The translations under genes were made by a program, and so were the position numbers. A model generated the notes under the pieces. The model made no database searches, was not told the DNA's origin, and worked only from the letters and a program-made list of their open reading frames with translations. This document shows, piece by piece, positions 1 through 12,892 of a stretch of DNA of 64,000 nucleotides. Source of the DNA: Octopus sinensis (lineage: Eukaryota); the NCBI RefSeq assembly GCF_006345805.1, contig NC_043000.1, positions 80,166,001 to 80,230,000 of the forward strand. The letters are read 5' to 3'. Positions within the stretch are counted from its first letter, which is position 1. Every line of letters starts with the position of its first letter.

Positions 1-196
1 AGTCAATGGTTAATATATAAATCTAATAATAGGTCTCATAAAATAAGAATTTAGAGATATATTCCATCAGATAATTCTAAATATATTACCTTAACCATAT
101 AGGTTTCCTGGGGCATATAATATCAATCATAATAATGATTATTATGAAGTGGCATAGCATTACCTTTAATTCCTTTTTATTTATACAGCTTTACAT

Positions 197-282
197 AGAC
201 CTACACATGTTTCAACCGCATCAATTAGTAACAGTTGCAATTACAACCCTACTATAATATTGGTGCAGTTTCTTCAGGGCCT
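197..282 (-). ncRNA. Type I hammerhead ribozyme (minimal, PLE type)
   Basis: Minus strand: AGGCC-CTGAAGA-long stem II-GAAAC-ATGT-GTA^GGTCT. Mirror of 884-969 with pairing-compatible changes. Confidence 0.75.
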
Positions 283-883
283 TCACTTTAATATCCTTTG
301 ATTTAATTGTTTAAAGTTTTTCATTTATCAACTCTGCTTTAAATGATGCAGAGCTGTTTGTTAATTTAGACACAACTATCTTCAATACGAGTTTTGATTG
401 GATAATCACATATAGCCCATTATTTCAAAACACCTTGTTGTTTAAAGGTTTATTAAGTTCATTTAGAGATTCCAGTAAGTCTAAGTAAATTAATCTGGTC
501 AATTAAAGACAGAAACAAAGATTATACTATCAATTGGGAATTAATTAGTATTGCAAAACCATACAGATCTGGAACTAATAAATGTTACCTATGTTTAGAA
601 GGATTTTAACAAATTTTTACATCTAAGGGTAATATAATAAATTCTAGACAGGAACAAGCTTTAAGATACTTGCACTTAAAAAAATTCACCTTTGCTCCAT
701 ATAAATGAGTAATAAACATTTAAACAACATAACATTTTAAAATAACAGGCTATACGTGATTATCCAATGAAAACTTGAATCAAAGATAGTTTGCATCTAA
801 ATTAATGAACAACTCTACATAATACAGTGCAGAGTTGATAAATGGAAAACTTTAAACAGTTAAATCAAAGGATATTAAAGTGA

Positions 884-969
884 AGGCCCTGAAGAAACTG
901 CACCAATATTATAGTAGGGTTGCAATTGCAACAGTTACTAATTGATGCAGTCGAAACATGTGTAGGTCT
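884..969 (+). ncRNA. Type I hammerhead ribozyme (minimal, PLE type)
   Basis: Stem I AGGCC/GGTCT; core CTGAAGA (889-895); stem II ACTGCACCAAT/ATTGATGCAGT; GAAA 953-956; palindromic ACATGT; GTA cleavage triplet. Confidence 0.8.
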
Positions 970-2946
970 ATGTAAAGCTGTATAAATAAAAAGGAATTAA
1001 AGGTAATGCTAATGCCACTTCGTAATAAACTTTATTATTATTATTGATATATATATATTTAGAGGAAGATAGTTATGACCAGTTCATAGGGTTACCCAGC
1101 ATTTTGCATCCATAAAGCGCTGAGGCTACTGGCCATTAGGGAGAGACATATATAACGCTAAGTGCTTTACGGATGCAAAGCCCTGGGTAACCCTATGAAT
1201 TTCTCTAAATACACTACTGCTCCATAACTAAGAGTGTGCTTCTCCTTCAAATTTATGATTAATTTATATATATATATATACAACGGTGTTTCGCTGGATG
1301 TTTGACCTAATTCTGATCTTTGTTTGTTGTGGTTTTCTGTCAATAAATAATAAATACTATAGGACCCAGTGCACTTATTTTCTCAGGAAGCAATAATACT
1401 GTTAAGAGTGTCCTCTGTGTGGGTATTGTATATGTACACACACACACACACACACACAAATGAACTTCTGAAAAGTATTAGTCAACAGAAGGCAACTGTA
1501 GAAGACATTTGTTTTACACCTAAGACACTGTGCAGTAGATTAGAATCTGGAATTATGTTATTGTGAAACAAACTACTTTACCACACAGCCAGACCTATGC
1601 ATCCATGAAAATTTCTAGTATATAATTCAGTTCATTACAACAAGCAGTACACCTACCATCACTTGCTATTTGTAACTTATATTTAGAACTCTAAATCATC
1701 GTCTCTATTCTTCATGACCAGTAATTGATTGCTTCTAGTAAACACACCATTTGCTAATCACAATATTAATTCATTGAGGATAATAACAAAATCAGACAGC
1801 TAGTCTCAAAGTAATAAAACAAACAGAACAGCAGCAATTACTTGAGCTATTAATGTTGATGCTTTTACAGCTTTTATTGGTGCAACAGGGATGTCAGCAG
1901 TTGAGATGAGTTAATAGCAGAGTGAGAAAAGCAAGGAAATCATTGGTGTGGTTTCATTGGTCACTAAGGAATTAATCCTTATTGACTTAACCAATCCACT
2001 TTCATAAGAGTATTTTGCTATAAAAACACTTGACTAAATCAATTATCTCAGGTATAAGCAGAATCAGAAACTTCATTGTAGGAAAGATTTGTTCTGATCA
2101 CTAAGTTGATAGAAATGGAGGACAAGGGGTATAAAATGGGTTTCTTCTTTTCATAGTGGTATTCAATGAAGACATACAAATACTTTTACTATATAATATC
2201 TCCTTATAATCCCCTGCCATTAGCAAATTTTTGTGGGACAAACTGGAGAAGTCATTTTACCTGCTGTTATATTGCAATATTGCTAAACGTTCAATTGATA
2301 AACAACCAAGAGATGTTCACTGAATGGACTGTGACAGCATTGGGATTGGAACTGCTGATTAAGAAATAAATGTTTTGAGTTCAAAATACAGCCTGAATAA
2401 ATATCTATATCATCTTCACCATTTTCCATATATTTTACTTCAATGATTTGAATAGACAATGTTTTAACTCATATGATTCTTCCTCACATGGTACATACAT
2501 CAATAAGAGTAGATCCTTAATTTTTATTGTTGTATGTTATGATTTTAATATGGGTATCTTTCTTATACCAACCTCTTTACATCTCAATACATTCTCCATC
2601 ATTAATATTTTAAAATGTTATATACATTACATATCCTTTTACACTGTAAAAGGATGTGTAATGTATATAAGAATATGTAATGTAACGACTAATGCATATA
2701 AGGTTATGTAATGTAATGACTAATAGTTGAAAATTATTTCATTTGAAAAACCTTAAGAAGTTTGCTTCCCAACCACATGATTCCAAGTTCCATTCCACTG
2801 TGTGGCACCTTGGGCAAGTGTCTTCTAAAGCCTCAGGCTGACCAAACCATTGTAAGTGGATTTGGTAGATGGAAACTGAATGAAACCTGTTGTGTGTGTG
2901 TGTGTATACATTATATACTACACACACACACACACACATACAAATA

Positions 2947-3350
2947 TTCTTTTACTTGTTTCAGTCATTTGACTGCAGCAATGCTGGAACACTGCCTTTA
3001 GTTGAACAAATCAACCCCAGGACATATTCTTTGTATGCCTAGTATTTATTCTATTGGTCTCTTTTGCCAAGCTGCTAAGTTACAGGGACGTAAACACACC
3101 AACATCGATTGTCAAGCAATGGTGGTGGGGACAAAGACAGACACACAAATATATATATACAACGAGCTTCTTTCAGTTTCTGTCATCCAAATCCACGCAC
3201 AAGGCTTTGGTTAGCTCAAGGCTATAGTAGAAGACACTTGCTGAAGGTTCCATACAGTGCCATGGTTCTAGGTTCCGAACCACATGGTTCTGGGTTCAGA
3301 ACCATGTGGTTGAGAAGTAAGCTTCTTACCACACAGCCACATCTGCACCT
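2947..3350 (-). mobile_element. tRNA-derived SINE family A (internal microsatellite), diverged copy
   Basis: Reverse-complement similarity to the young copy at 26593-27005. Confidence 0.8.
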
Positions 3351-3459
3351 ATGTATATAAATATATAATGTACTGTTCCATGATGGTAAAAACAACAAAA
3401 AAAGTACTCCATCTGGTGAGAGATAAATATTATTTAATAGACACAATATATGTTTTTAT

Positions 3460-3540
3460 GTGCTACTAATAGTTTATTGTGCTGAGAACATGCTAAATAA
3501 TGAATTATAACATGTGTAACATCACACAGTCATCAGGCAC
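3460..3540 (-). ncRNA. Hammerhead ribozyme copy with GAAA->TAAA (G12U), probably inactive
   Basis: Mirror of 3719-3799; reads CACAA-TAAAC-TATTA-GTA-GCAC. Confidence 0.6.
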
Positions 3541-3718
3541 AAACCACATAGTATAACAAACTAAAGATTGAATGAGAGAAGAAACACAAAAAGTTGAGAA
3601 GGAAGCATATAGAAAACATGGAAGGTTAAAAAGCAGAAAACATTTTCTTTCTGCTTCCTTCTCAAATTTTTGCGTTTCTTCTCTCATTCAATTTTTAGTA
3701 CATTATGCTATGTGGTTT

Positions 3719-3799
3719 GTGCCTGATGACTGTGTGATGTTACACATGTTATAATTCATCATTTGGCATGTTCTTAGCACAAGAAACTATTAGTAGCAC
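3719..3799 (+). ncRNA. Type I hammerhead ribozyme
   Basis: GTGC-CTGATGA-C-TGTG...CACA-A-GAAAC-TATTA-GTA^GCAC; stem I GTGC/GCAC. Confidence 0.75.
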
Positions 3800-4902
3800 A
3801 TAAAAACATGTATGGTGTCTATTAAATAATATACAAATATGTATGTGTGTGTGTGTTTGTCCCCCACTGCCACTTGACAACCGGTGTCAGTGTGTTTACA
3901 TCCCTACAACTAAGTGGTTTGGCAAAAAAGACTGATAGAATAAGTACTGGTGTCAATAAATTTGACTAAAATTCTGCAAGGTGGTGCCTCAGCATGGCCA
4001 CAGTCTAATGACTGAGACAAGTAAAAAGGTAAAAAATATATAAAGATACTTTAAAGAAATGTAAAACTTATGTTTCAATTAATTTTCAAGAATTTAGAGA
4101 AATTTAGCACATTAATTTTTGTCATTATTAGAAAAAGTTAATTTCATATTTCAGGGTGGTGGTTTGGTAGAAGTTTTAGAGTGTTGGACAAAATGCTTTG
4201 CAATATTTAGTTAAAGCACTTTAAGCTCCATGTTGACACCTGGGTCAACTTTGACTTTCATCCTTCTAAGGATAGTATAATGCTATAACAGATGTAACTC
4301 ACTTCCCTCATAACTGCTGGCATTGTGCCTAAATTAGAAATAAATTAAATTATTATTAATTTGGTGTTTGAAGCTTAAATCAACAAAGACTACTTACATA
4401 TTATAATGGAAGGTTTTAATTTAAACATGAATATCTAATGATAGGTTTTCATGCCAACATGCCTGATTTGAAAACAGTTAAACAGACCAGAAACATTTTT
4501 GATAATAGTTGTGAAGACAATGAAACTGGGGAAGAAGATAGACATTATAGCAGAGTCAAAGTAAGAAAAACAAGTGGTGAGGTTAGGTGCTATTCTTTGA
4601 CATTTGATGCCTCACACATGAAAACTATTGAAGATTTACACGAATGGCAACATGCCATGTTGCAGATATCTTCCATTTTTGTATGAGAGGACACATAATC
4701 ATCAAAATGAAGATAACAACAACGAGAAGGCTAATACTTAATGTGCTGGAAATAGCAGCCAAATCTCCTTTAAAGTCATCCCTTTTTAATTGGATATATT
4801 GAAAAAAAATGCAGTCCTATGACACATTGTTTGGAAAAGAAAAAAAATAAGTGGTCATGATTATGATGTCTTTGGATTAAAGAAGAGCATTAATAATAAT
4901 AG

Positions 4903-5113
4903 TTTCCAATTTTGGTACAAGGCCAATAATTTCGGGGAGCAGGTAAGCCAATTACATCGACTACAGTCTTCAATTGGTACTTATTTTATCAACCCCAAAA
5001 GGATGGAAGGCAAAGTTGACCCTGGTGGCATTTGAACTCAGAACTTATGGTCAGAAGAAATGCTGCTAAGCATTTTGCTCAGTGCAGTAATGATTCTGCC
5101 AGCTCACTGCCTT
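4903..5113 (-). mobile_element. tRNA-derived SINE family B, diverged copy
   Basis: Similar to 6088-6318 (GAACTCAG B-box region, CCTTTCATCC core on the minus strand). Confidence 0.7.
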
Positions 5114-6087
5114 AGGAACAATAATAATAATACTAACAACAGTAGCATAAATGATTCTCTGAACAAGCTTTTACGTATTCATTCATTCTGTTTAATATAG
5201 CGGCAAATTTTCATCTAATCGCATCTTAGTGAGTATAGGCATGGTTATGTGGTTTAACAGTCTGCTTCATGTCTATGGTGTCCTGGATTCACACATATCA
5301 CTATATAGAACTTTCACCAAATATCTTCTGACAATGCTCTGGGTTGATCAAAGCATTGTAAGTGGAATTTGGCTGACAGAAACTATACGGAAGCCTGTCA
5401 GAGAGCTCCTAACATTAGGTGGTAAATTTAACCCATTTGATATCAAACCACCCAAAACTGCCTATGAATCTAGGATACAAACTTCTTATTTCATAGTGAA
5501 CTCAATTAAAACCTTCCAAAAAAGTTTCATGTTAATTTATGTTTCAAACTCCAGTTTGATAATGATAAAGTTATTTTACTAAATTCTTTATTATTACTAA
5601 AATTAATTAAAACAAAGGCAGTTTATTTTAACAGGAATTTGGTAAAGAGGGTGCCAGGTTTAACATGACCATCTGGCACTTGGGTACCTTTAGTGAAGGC
5701 TAGTCTGTTGCAAGAATTTGTACCAGGCCTGAGAATAACTTTCTACCTCCTACCTGTCATGGAGGTCCTGGAAAAGATCATGGCATGATCCTTCCTCTTC
5801 TGAGAAAACCATTAAAGAATGAGAAGACATTGCATTATTACTTTTTGCTTTTGGGTTTTTACTTATTTCAGTCATTAGACTCCTCATGCTGGGGTACCAC
5901 CTTGAAAAATTTTAGTTGAAAGAACCAACCCCAATACTTAGTTATTTTAAGCCTAGTTCTTATCCTATTAGTTTCTTTTGCTGGACCACTAGGCTACAGG
6001 GAGGTAAACACACCAACACCAATTGTCAAGTGATGGAGGAAGTCAGACACACACACACACACACACAATAGACTTTATTCAGTTTCT

Positions 6088-6318
6088 TATTTCTTTACTG
6101 CTCACAAGGGGCTACACACAGAGGGGACTAACAAGGACAGACAAACAGATTAAGTCGATTATATCGACCCCAGTGCATAACTAGTACTTATTTAATTGAC
6201 CCTGAAAAGATGAAAGGCAAAGTCGACCTCGGCAGAATTTGAACTCAGAATGTAGCGGCAGACAAAATACCGCTAAGCATTTCGCCCGGCGTGCTAACGT
6301 TTCTGCCAGCTCGCCGCC
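6088..6318 (-). mobile_element. tRNA-derived SINE family B, full-length, inserted into a family A SINE (about 5855-6450)
   Basis: Minus strand starts AAGGCGGCGAGCTGGCAGAA, has a B-box-like GAGTTCAAAT, and is flanked by the direct repeat CTTTATTCAGTTTCT (6073-6087 / 6318-6332). Confidence 0.85.
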
Positions 6319-6700
6319 TTTATTCAGTTTCTGTCTACTTAATTCATTTACAAGGCATTGGTTGGCACGAAGCTATAGTTGAAGACATTTGCCCAAGGTG
6401 CCATTCATTGAGACTGAACCTGGAACCATGGGGTTGGGAAGCTGCCTTGAAGAGGGCATAAAGTAATGGAACAAAATGGAATATACGTAGTTGAATAAAG
6501 ATATGTATAAATATCTAAATATTGATTTTGAATTTTACATGAAAAAATGGTAAGCACTTTTGTTCTAACCCATTATATAAACATATTTATATACTGTTTT
6601 TTTTAGAAAATTTGAACTGGTCCGTTGTTGAGATTTTCTTTTAAATTAAACAAGCTTTTCCTAAAAAATTTTTATCTGTGCATGTCTCCTGTTTCCTGTT

Positions 6701-6783
6701 TATCCTGACGAGGAGGGTCATTGCCATGTTGCACTTTAGTGTAAATACATTCCGGTGGTGAGTTCCTGAAATGGTCATAGATA
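6701..6783 (+). ncRNA. Type I hammerhead ribozyme with extended stem II
   Basis: TATC-CTGACGA-GGAG..TCATTGCC/GGTGGTGA..TTCC-T-GAAA-T-GGTC-A-TA^GATA; stem I TATC/GATA. Confidence 0.75.
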
Positions 6784-7418
6784 TATGTGACTGTTGAATT
6801 TGACTTGTGAAGTCTGCTCATTATGAACTTTTGGACATACTTGTGTGGAGGAGTAAAAGACTTTTTTCAAGATGTATGTGAATTTGACCTGTGGAAGTCT
6901 GTTTACTTATGAACTTTGGATGTATTTGTATGAGGGAAGTAAAAGGACATTTTTTTCAAATATTTTTTCAAATATTAAAAAAAAATTTTTTTAAATTTAA
7001 AAAAAATATTTTAATCGTCTCTAAAACTTTTTTAGTCGGTAGATATTTATTTTATTTTTTTTTTACCTTTACTTATTTCATATTTGTCTATTAAGTTTTT
7101 CGGTAGTTTTTGAATTTTTAGCCGTATGTATTTAATATTTTTGATAGGGTGTTCTATTTGTATTTTATTCGATTATATACTTTTATCTTCTGTGATTTTA
7201 TGTATTTGTATTATTTTTTATGTGTTTGTGAACCAATGTGATTTTATATATTATTAAATGTTTGAGGGGTGGTGTTGTATGTAAAGTTATTGACCCATAC
7301 TTAATGTTTGTTCTATAACCAATGCTTCTTTATCTTCGTCTCATTTATATTTGAGCCCTTATTTAAGTCCAATAAACCCTTTTGTTTCTATTAGAAGAGA
7401 CAAATATTATTTATTGTT

Positions 7419-7463
<45 letters not shown>

Positions 7464-8349
7464 CACTCACACAAACGCATGCACACAGACACACACGCAC
7501 ACACATGCACATATGATTATATGATGATGATGATCATCATCACTATCATCCATGCTGGCACAAATTGGATGGTTTGATAAGATTTGATGAGCCTAAGAAC
7601 TGCATTGTATGTCAGCATCTGCTTTAGCATAGTTTGTACAGCTGGATGCCCTTCCTAATATCAATCACTTTATTGCTATTTCTGGGTGCTATTTTAATGC
7701 CATGAACACTAGTGAAGTTACCATGCAGCTCACAAGACTATGGACCCTGAAAGGGCTGCTTTATTCTTGGAGATGAATGGTTAATATAAGAGAGAAGTAG
7801 CCAAAGTAGAAAAGGTTTTTTTGGTGTAAAGAAGCTACATAACTACTCATATTTTAGAATGTGAGAGTGATTGGATAGAGCATGTACCATGCTTTTGCTC
7901 ATTGTTTTAGGCGTTTTAAGTAGTCACAAGCAGACATAGACACCATCTTAGCCTCCCACTCTTCATTCAGTGAAACATCCAGGGATCAAATCATGATTGT
8001 GAGTCAAACACACTAACCACATGTATGTATTGATGAATGTATGTATGTTCTTCTCCTTCACTTTTTAATTTAGTTTCAAATTTTGGCACAAGGGGAGAAA
8101 ATTTGGGGGAGGGGCTAAGTCAATTACATTGATCCAGCATTCAACTGGTACTTTTTTTTTTCTACCAGAAAAGATAAAAGGCAAAGTGAACCTTGGTGGA
8201 ATTTGAACTCAGAATGAAGAGACGGATAAAATCCATCAAGCATTTTACCCATCGCATTCTCTTTTTAATTTAGAGTAACTTTTGACCAGCCACTAACTTG
8301 GTAGCAAGGGTGTAAAGGAAAGTATCTTGTTTTTAGCATCATCCTTAAA

Positions 8350-8530
8350 ATCTTTAATATTTAAAGGTGTTGCAGATTTTCACAATCCCAGATATTGTGA
8401 TTAAGGATTTGCATTTTGTTCCCATGATCTCAAGTTCAGTCATTCTTTGCTCTGGATGGGTTGGCATGAATCCTGTTGCTCCAATAACGATAGGTATGAA
8501 GTTGAAAGTGTATCTTGGGTACTAGATTTG
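8350..8530 (-). pseudogene. R4/Dong-like non-LTR retrotransposon C-terminal (restriction-like endonuclease tail) remnant
   Basis: Translates to LQI*YPRYTFNFIPIVIGATGFMP...ITISGIVKICNTFK, resembling the IPIVIGALG...GTVKI tail of RLE-clade elements (from memory). Confidence 0.55.
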
Positions 8531-8534
8531 CAAA

Positions 8535-8664
8535 TGTATGTATGTATGTACGTATGTATGTACGTATGTATGTATGTATGTATGTATGTATGTATGTATG
8601 TATGTATGTATGTATGTATGTATGTATGTATGTATGTATGTATGTATGTATGTATGTATGTATG
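8535..8664. repeat. (TATG)n microsatellite
   Basis: Directly visible; source of the MYVC/HTYI ORFs. Confidence 0.95.
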
Positions 8665-10717
8665 CATGCATGTACATATGTATGTATGTCAGGTCACTTG
8701 TGAAATCTTTCATGAGTGCTGATGGTAACATGAAATCTAGTACAACTTATTTCATGGCTAAGTCATTGGTGACTAAAGTGGCACACCCACTGGGCTAACC
8801 AGTTGAGAAGGGTTGCTAGAAACCATGCAGGACTAAAATCAAGATCTGTCAGAAGGATGGATGAGCAAAGCGTAGGTTTAACAGCTATCTATCAATAGCA
8901 TGGGCGCTCAGAAATTCTGGGTTGATATCCAGCATGCTGGAAGGCTGCTAGGAGTGGAGCGTCCCTCATCTCAAGAAGTAACACTCATATGAAACCAGAT
9001 ATGCAGGAAATGACATTGCTCATTCTTGGGGATCTTTTGCTTGTACCTGATATCCCACATTTCTGAGTTTGTGACCTATATTGGCACCAGACATCTTGTG
9101 ATAACTTATCTCTGGATCATGTCAATAGTGTGGAAAGTGTCTATGAGATGTTGTACAAGCTTTATTGAACCTAAAATTTTACACAGGCATTGCTTTGTTA
9201 GTGATGGTTTTACTTGTCTACAAGTTTACTGCTATCATGTATGCATACATGCATACAAACATGTATACATATGTGCCATTCAAGCATGCACAGATGGATG
9301 TATATGTGCATATTTTGGGAATGTATATTGGTAAAAACCATTGGTAAAAACCATTGGTAAAAAAAAACCCAACACAAAAATGATAAAAATCCCTTGCGAG
9401 ATATATATTCTATCTGATTTGCAATTGAGCATTATTCATACGAATTTAGTTCTTTGAGATTGTAAAAGAGAACAACACCTTATATCATAGTTTGTTACAA
9501 CTCTATCTGTTTCTATCAAAGTTATTTCAACTGCCACTATCTCCACCTGTCTCTGCTTCTGCCTGTCTCTAATTATCTCTGTCTACTTCTCTGAAAATCA
9601 CTTGATCTGGCTCTACCTGTCTCTATCAACCTCTTTCTACCTCAACTGAAATCACTCTGCCTCTAACTGCCTCTAACTGTCTCTGTCAACATCTGTCTAC
9701 TCCTCACAAAGCCACCCTATATGCCTCTACATGCCTCTATCTGCCTCTTTCTACTTCTATCTGCTCTTGTTGGCCTCTATTAAAAACATTTTCTTCTCAT
9801 ACTTCCCTGTTAACCATAAATTTTCATTTCTGCTTCATCTTTTTAACGTTAATTATATTTGATGTTCATCCTTAATTAGCAAACATTAAATTGAGCAGAC
9901 ATTAAGTGGCAAGTCTCTAATGACAGAGCAGGTCTCTTGGTCTTTACTGAGTGGAAACGGTGGGAGTAGACTGAGGCAATTTATGAGCAATTGTTGATTA
10001 AAAAACAACAGCTTACAAAATTGTATTGAGACAGGAAATTTATGAAGCCTACTGAGTGTTTGTGCATGTGTGCGCACGTGTGTGAGTGAGTATGTGTGTG
10101 TTTCAGAGTGTGTGTAGGGGGATAGGTGTACAAGGAAAAATGTAATAAAATCATTTAATATTTTGACTCTAAGAGAAGTATTTCAAATGAGGAATAATCT
10201 AGAAGTGACACGGAAACTGTTAAGACGTACAGTGCAGAGACATACAAGCAACAAGGCAAGGATATGATGTTAGTTTGAGGAGTGTGATTCTAAAATCATG
10301 CATTAGACTATTGACAGTTAAGAATTTCTTAGTAGTTTTTTGTTTTCTATTTCATCTGTTGTATGGTTCTTTAATATGTATATTAATAATGTTTCCATCA
10401 AAAAGCCCCAATACTGTATTATGTATTGTGGCAGCTGTCGTGATTCATTTCAACAGATGAGACTGACATATTCCTCAAATCCCTAATGTCTTTATGTAGT
10501 ATAAAGAGATGGTACTTCTTTCATAAATTTTGCTATATTTCATGCATCAGCAATGAAATAAGCATAAACATATATATATATAAACACACATAAATGCACA
10601 TACACACTCACACACACATATACATACAATTGTTTTATTATCTAATATATATATATATGTGTGTGTATGCATACATATCCATAAACATATATACACACAA
10701 ATCTCTATCTATCTATT

Positions 10718-10718
10718 C

Positions 10719-10813
<95 letters not shown>
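10718..10813. repeat. (TCTA)n microsatellite
   Basis: Directly visible. Confidence 0.95.
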
Positions 10814-10816
<3 letters not shown>

Positions 10817-11334
10817 GTCTGTGTGTATGTGAGTGTGTATTAATATGTATATATTTTTGATACATACTTATACACACACACACACATAGATGTGAGTGTA
10901 TATAACTTTATATATATGCACACACACACTCAGTGCATGCACATACACACACATGCACATAGTTGTCATAAGGGTATATGTGCTATTTTCCCCCCTTAGT
11001 TCTCATTCAAATTTCACTGTTCAAAATATAGGCTTCTAAAAGCTAGAAGACAGAATAAATTTACTTTTTTCCAAATTTGCATTGTTAAGTGGTTGTTCCC
11101 ATTCCATATGTGTTTCTGTTCTTAAATGAACAATACTACATAATACATGACATATATATGACAATACTACATCAGAAATGACATATATGCATGACAAGAC
11201 TGCATCAAGTTAACTTTTGATTCCACAGTTATAATAGCTTCTTCATACAATACTATTTCTGCTGAAGCAGTATTGTGTGTGATAAGCATTATAATAAGCA
11301 TTTTCAATTTTTTTAATAAAATGTCAAATGGTTA

Positions 11335-11570
11335 AACCTCTTTGTTTGTTACCATATCTCTGCTAAAATACACTGTTTTTGTTTCAGTTAATTTTGAAAG
11401 TAATGAAAGATGCAATAAAATGACTTTGTACTGATTTAGCTTGTATTGTTTGGGACATAGATTAACTAGAAATTTTAATGAAAGCTTTTATTTAATATAG
11501 ACCCCTTTAGAACAATAAATTTGTATCATCTAGAGGTGGTCTCAAGTGGGTTGGTATCAAATAGGTTGAA
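11335..11570. mobile_element. MITE-like repeat with a TTAA/CCC-type end (piggyBac-like); related inverted copy at about 5428-5640
   Basis: Reverse-complement similarity between the two loci; TTAACCCATTTGATATC end at 5428. Confidence 0.45.
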
Positions 11571-11853
11571 TTAATTGTTTTTTTATGTGACAAATATCAA
11601 CATCCCTATTGACATCTCCCCACCAAAAAATATTTGAGAAAATTTTTGTCCCCTTCCCATCACTTTATTAAATAAAAAGTCAAAATAGAGTTTGCATCTA
11701 AAGAATTCTTCTTTATTCTCAATAGTAGTGTATGAGCTTTAAATGTTTAAAACCTTCTGAATTTTACTAAACATGTCAATTTGTCAGTCACCACCCCATT
11801 CCAGTCCTCACAAAGATGGGCAGCACCAACTCCTATGATGAACACTGGCTTAA

Positions 11854-12070
11854 CCTTTTAACATTCAGATTACTCAGGCAAATGTAATGCTTATTTATTC
11901 AAACTGTTTTGAAATGATCCTGCATTATCTCATAGCTTCAAGACTTTGATGATGTGATTGTTTGTATTTAGAGCATTGTAGGGTAGGCGTGAAATGCTAG
12001 ATCTGGCCAGTTTGAACATAAAACAGGTGGAATATATGGGTCAGATATTGCTGGTTTAAATGTTAAAGAG
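11854..12070. mobile_element. piggyBac-type MITE
   Basis: TTAA on both sides (11850-11853, 12071-12074); TIRs CCTTTTAACATT / AATGTTAAAGAG. Confidence 0.65.
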
Positions 12071-12345
12071 TTAAATGATTGTCTCTGTTGTTGTTATGCA
12101 GCTTCTGATCAACCCTGGCTGAGTACACTTATGATCAAAAATTTTCCATCCTGACATATGTAGGACAATATTTCCTAATGTATCCTTCATTATGTAATTT
12201 TGAGGGAAATTTGGTTGATGTTTTTAGCTGGACAAGTGACTATACAGATGCTTTCCCATTGATTTGTTATGCATAATGTTTATAAACGGTGTAGAAAGTA
12301 GGAGAAAAATGTGTAGATCTGTATTACTTAAGTATTCTGGGTATA

Positions 12346-12551
12346 CAGGGTATCCATACATGACCTTTACAATTTGAAAAATTCAGTAAAAAATAAAAAA
12401 TAAGAATAACTCAGCAGAGTTTATTGGAAAACAAATAAAGTTTTATAAGAAGCAACAGAACACTTCCACGTGGGCTTCAGTAGTTGCACACAGCATATAC
12501 AATGTGATACAATTAGTTGTGGAAATTGTAAGGATAATTTATGAACACTTG
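12346..12551. mobile_element. Tc1/mariner-type MITE
   Basis: TA-flanked imperfect TIRs CAGGGTATCCATA / TATGAACACTTG. Confidence 0.5.
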
Positions 12552-12785
12552 TATGATGTTGTTATGTACACATGCCTATTGTTCTTGCTTTTGCTGTTGT
12601 TAAACCTCCCAGGTCAGCCCTGATATACCTAAGATTTTCCAGTCTTGACCATCCAACTTCATGGTTACAAAGCAAAAGTTTTCAACCACTTGGCTATACT
12701 AGTGGATATGTGTACATGTTTATCATGAGGTTATGTATATCAAGAGGGCCATCAGTATACAAATATCATCACCATTGTCACTATC

Positions 12786-12892
12786 ATCACCACCACCACC
12801 ACCACCACCACTACCTTCTTCTTCTTCTTCTTCTTCTTCTTCTTCTTCTTCTTCTTCTTCTTCTTCTTCTTCTCCATCATCATCATCATCAT
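12786..12892. repeat. Compound (CAC)n-(TTC)n-(CAT)n microsatellite
   Basis: Directly visible; explains the poly-H/L/E/S ORFs. Confidence 0.95.

Larger units (their letters stand above)
121..1050. mobile_element. Penelope-like element remnant: inverted pseudo-LTR pair (about 121-470 / 706-1050) around a GIY-YIG fragment
   Basis: The arms are diverged reverse complements. The spacer (about 488-605, +) translates to DYTINWELISIAKPYRSGTNKCYLCLE, matching the PLE endonuclease C-terminus also seen at 36609-37046. Each arm carries a hammerhead. Confidence 0.8.
3428..3831. repeat. Inverted repeat (arms about 3428-3615 / 3643-3831) derived from a PLE-type terminal repeat
   Basis: Arms are near reverse complements (reciprocal ORFs 3505-3687 and 3572-3754 are almost identical). 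Homologous to 40400-40545. Confidence 0.85.

Noticed and set aside
4438-4686. Hydrophilic ORF (FHANMPDLKTVKQ...RKTSGE) with possible AG/GT boundaries, as an upstream kinesin exon
   Set aside because: No polypyrimidine tract and no recognisable homology; cannot be supported without RNA data.
9530-9790. Degenerate CTGCCTCTA-like pyrimidine-rich tract
   Set aside because: Low-complexity repeat with no regular period or structure that I can support.
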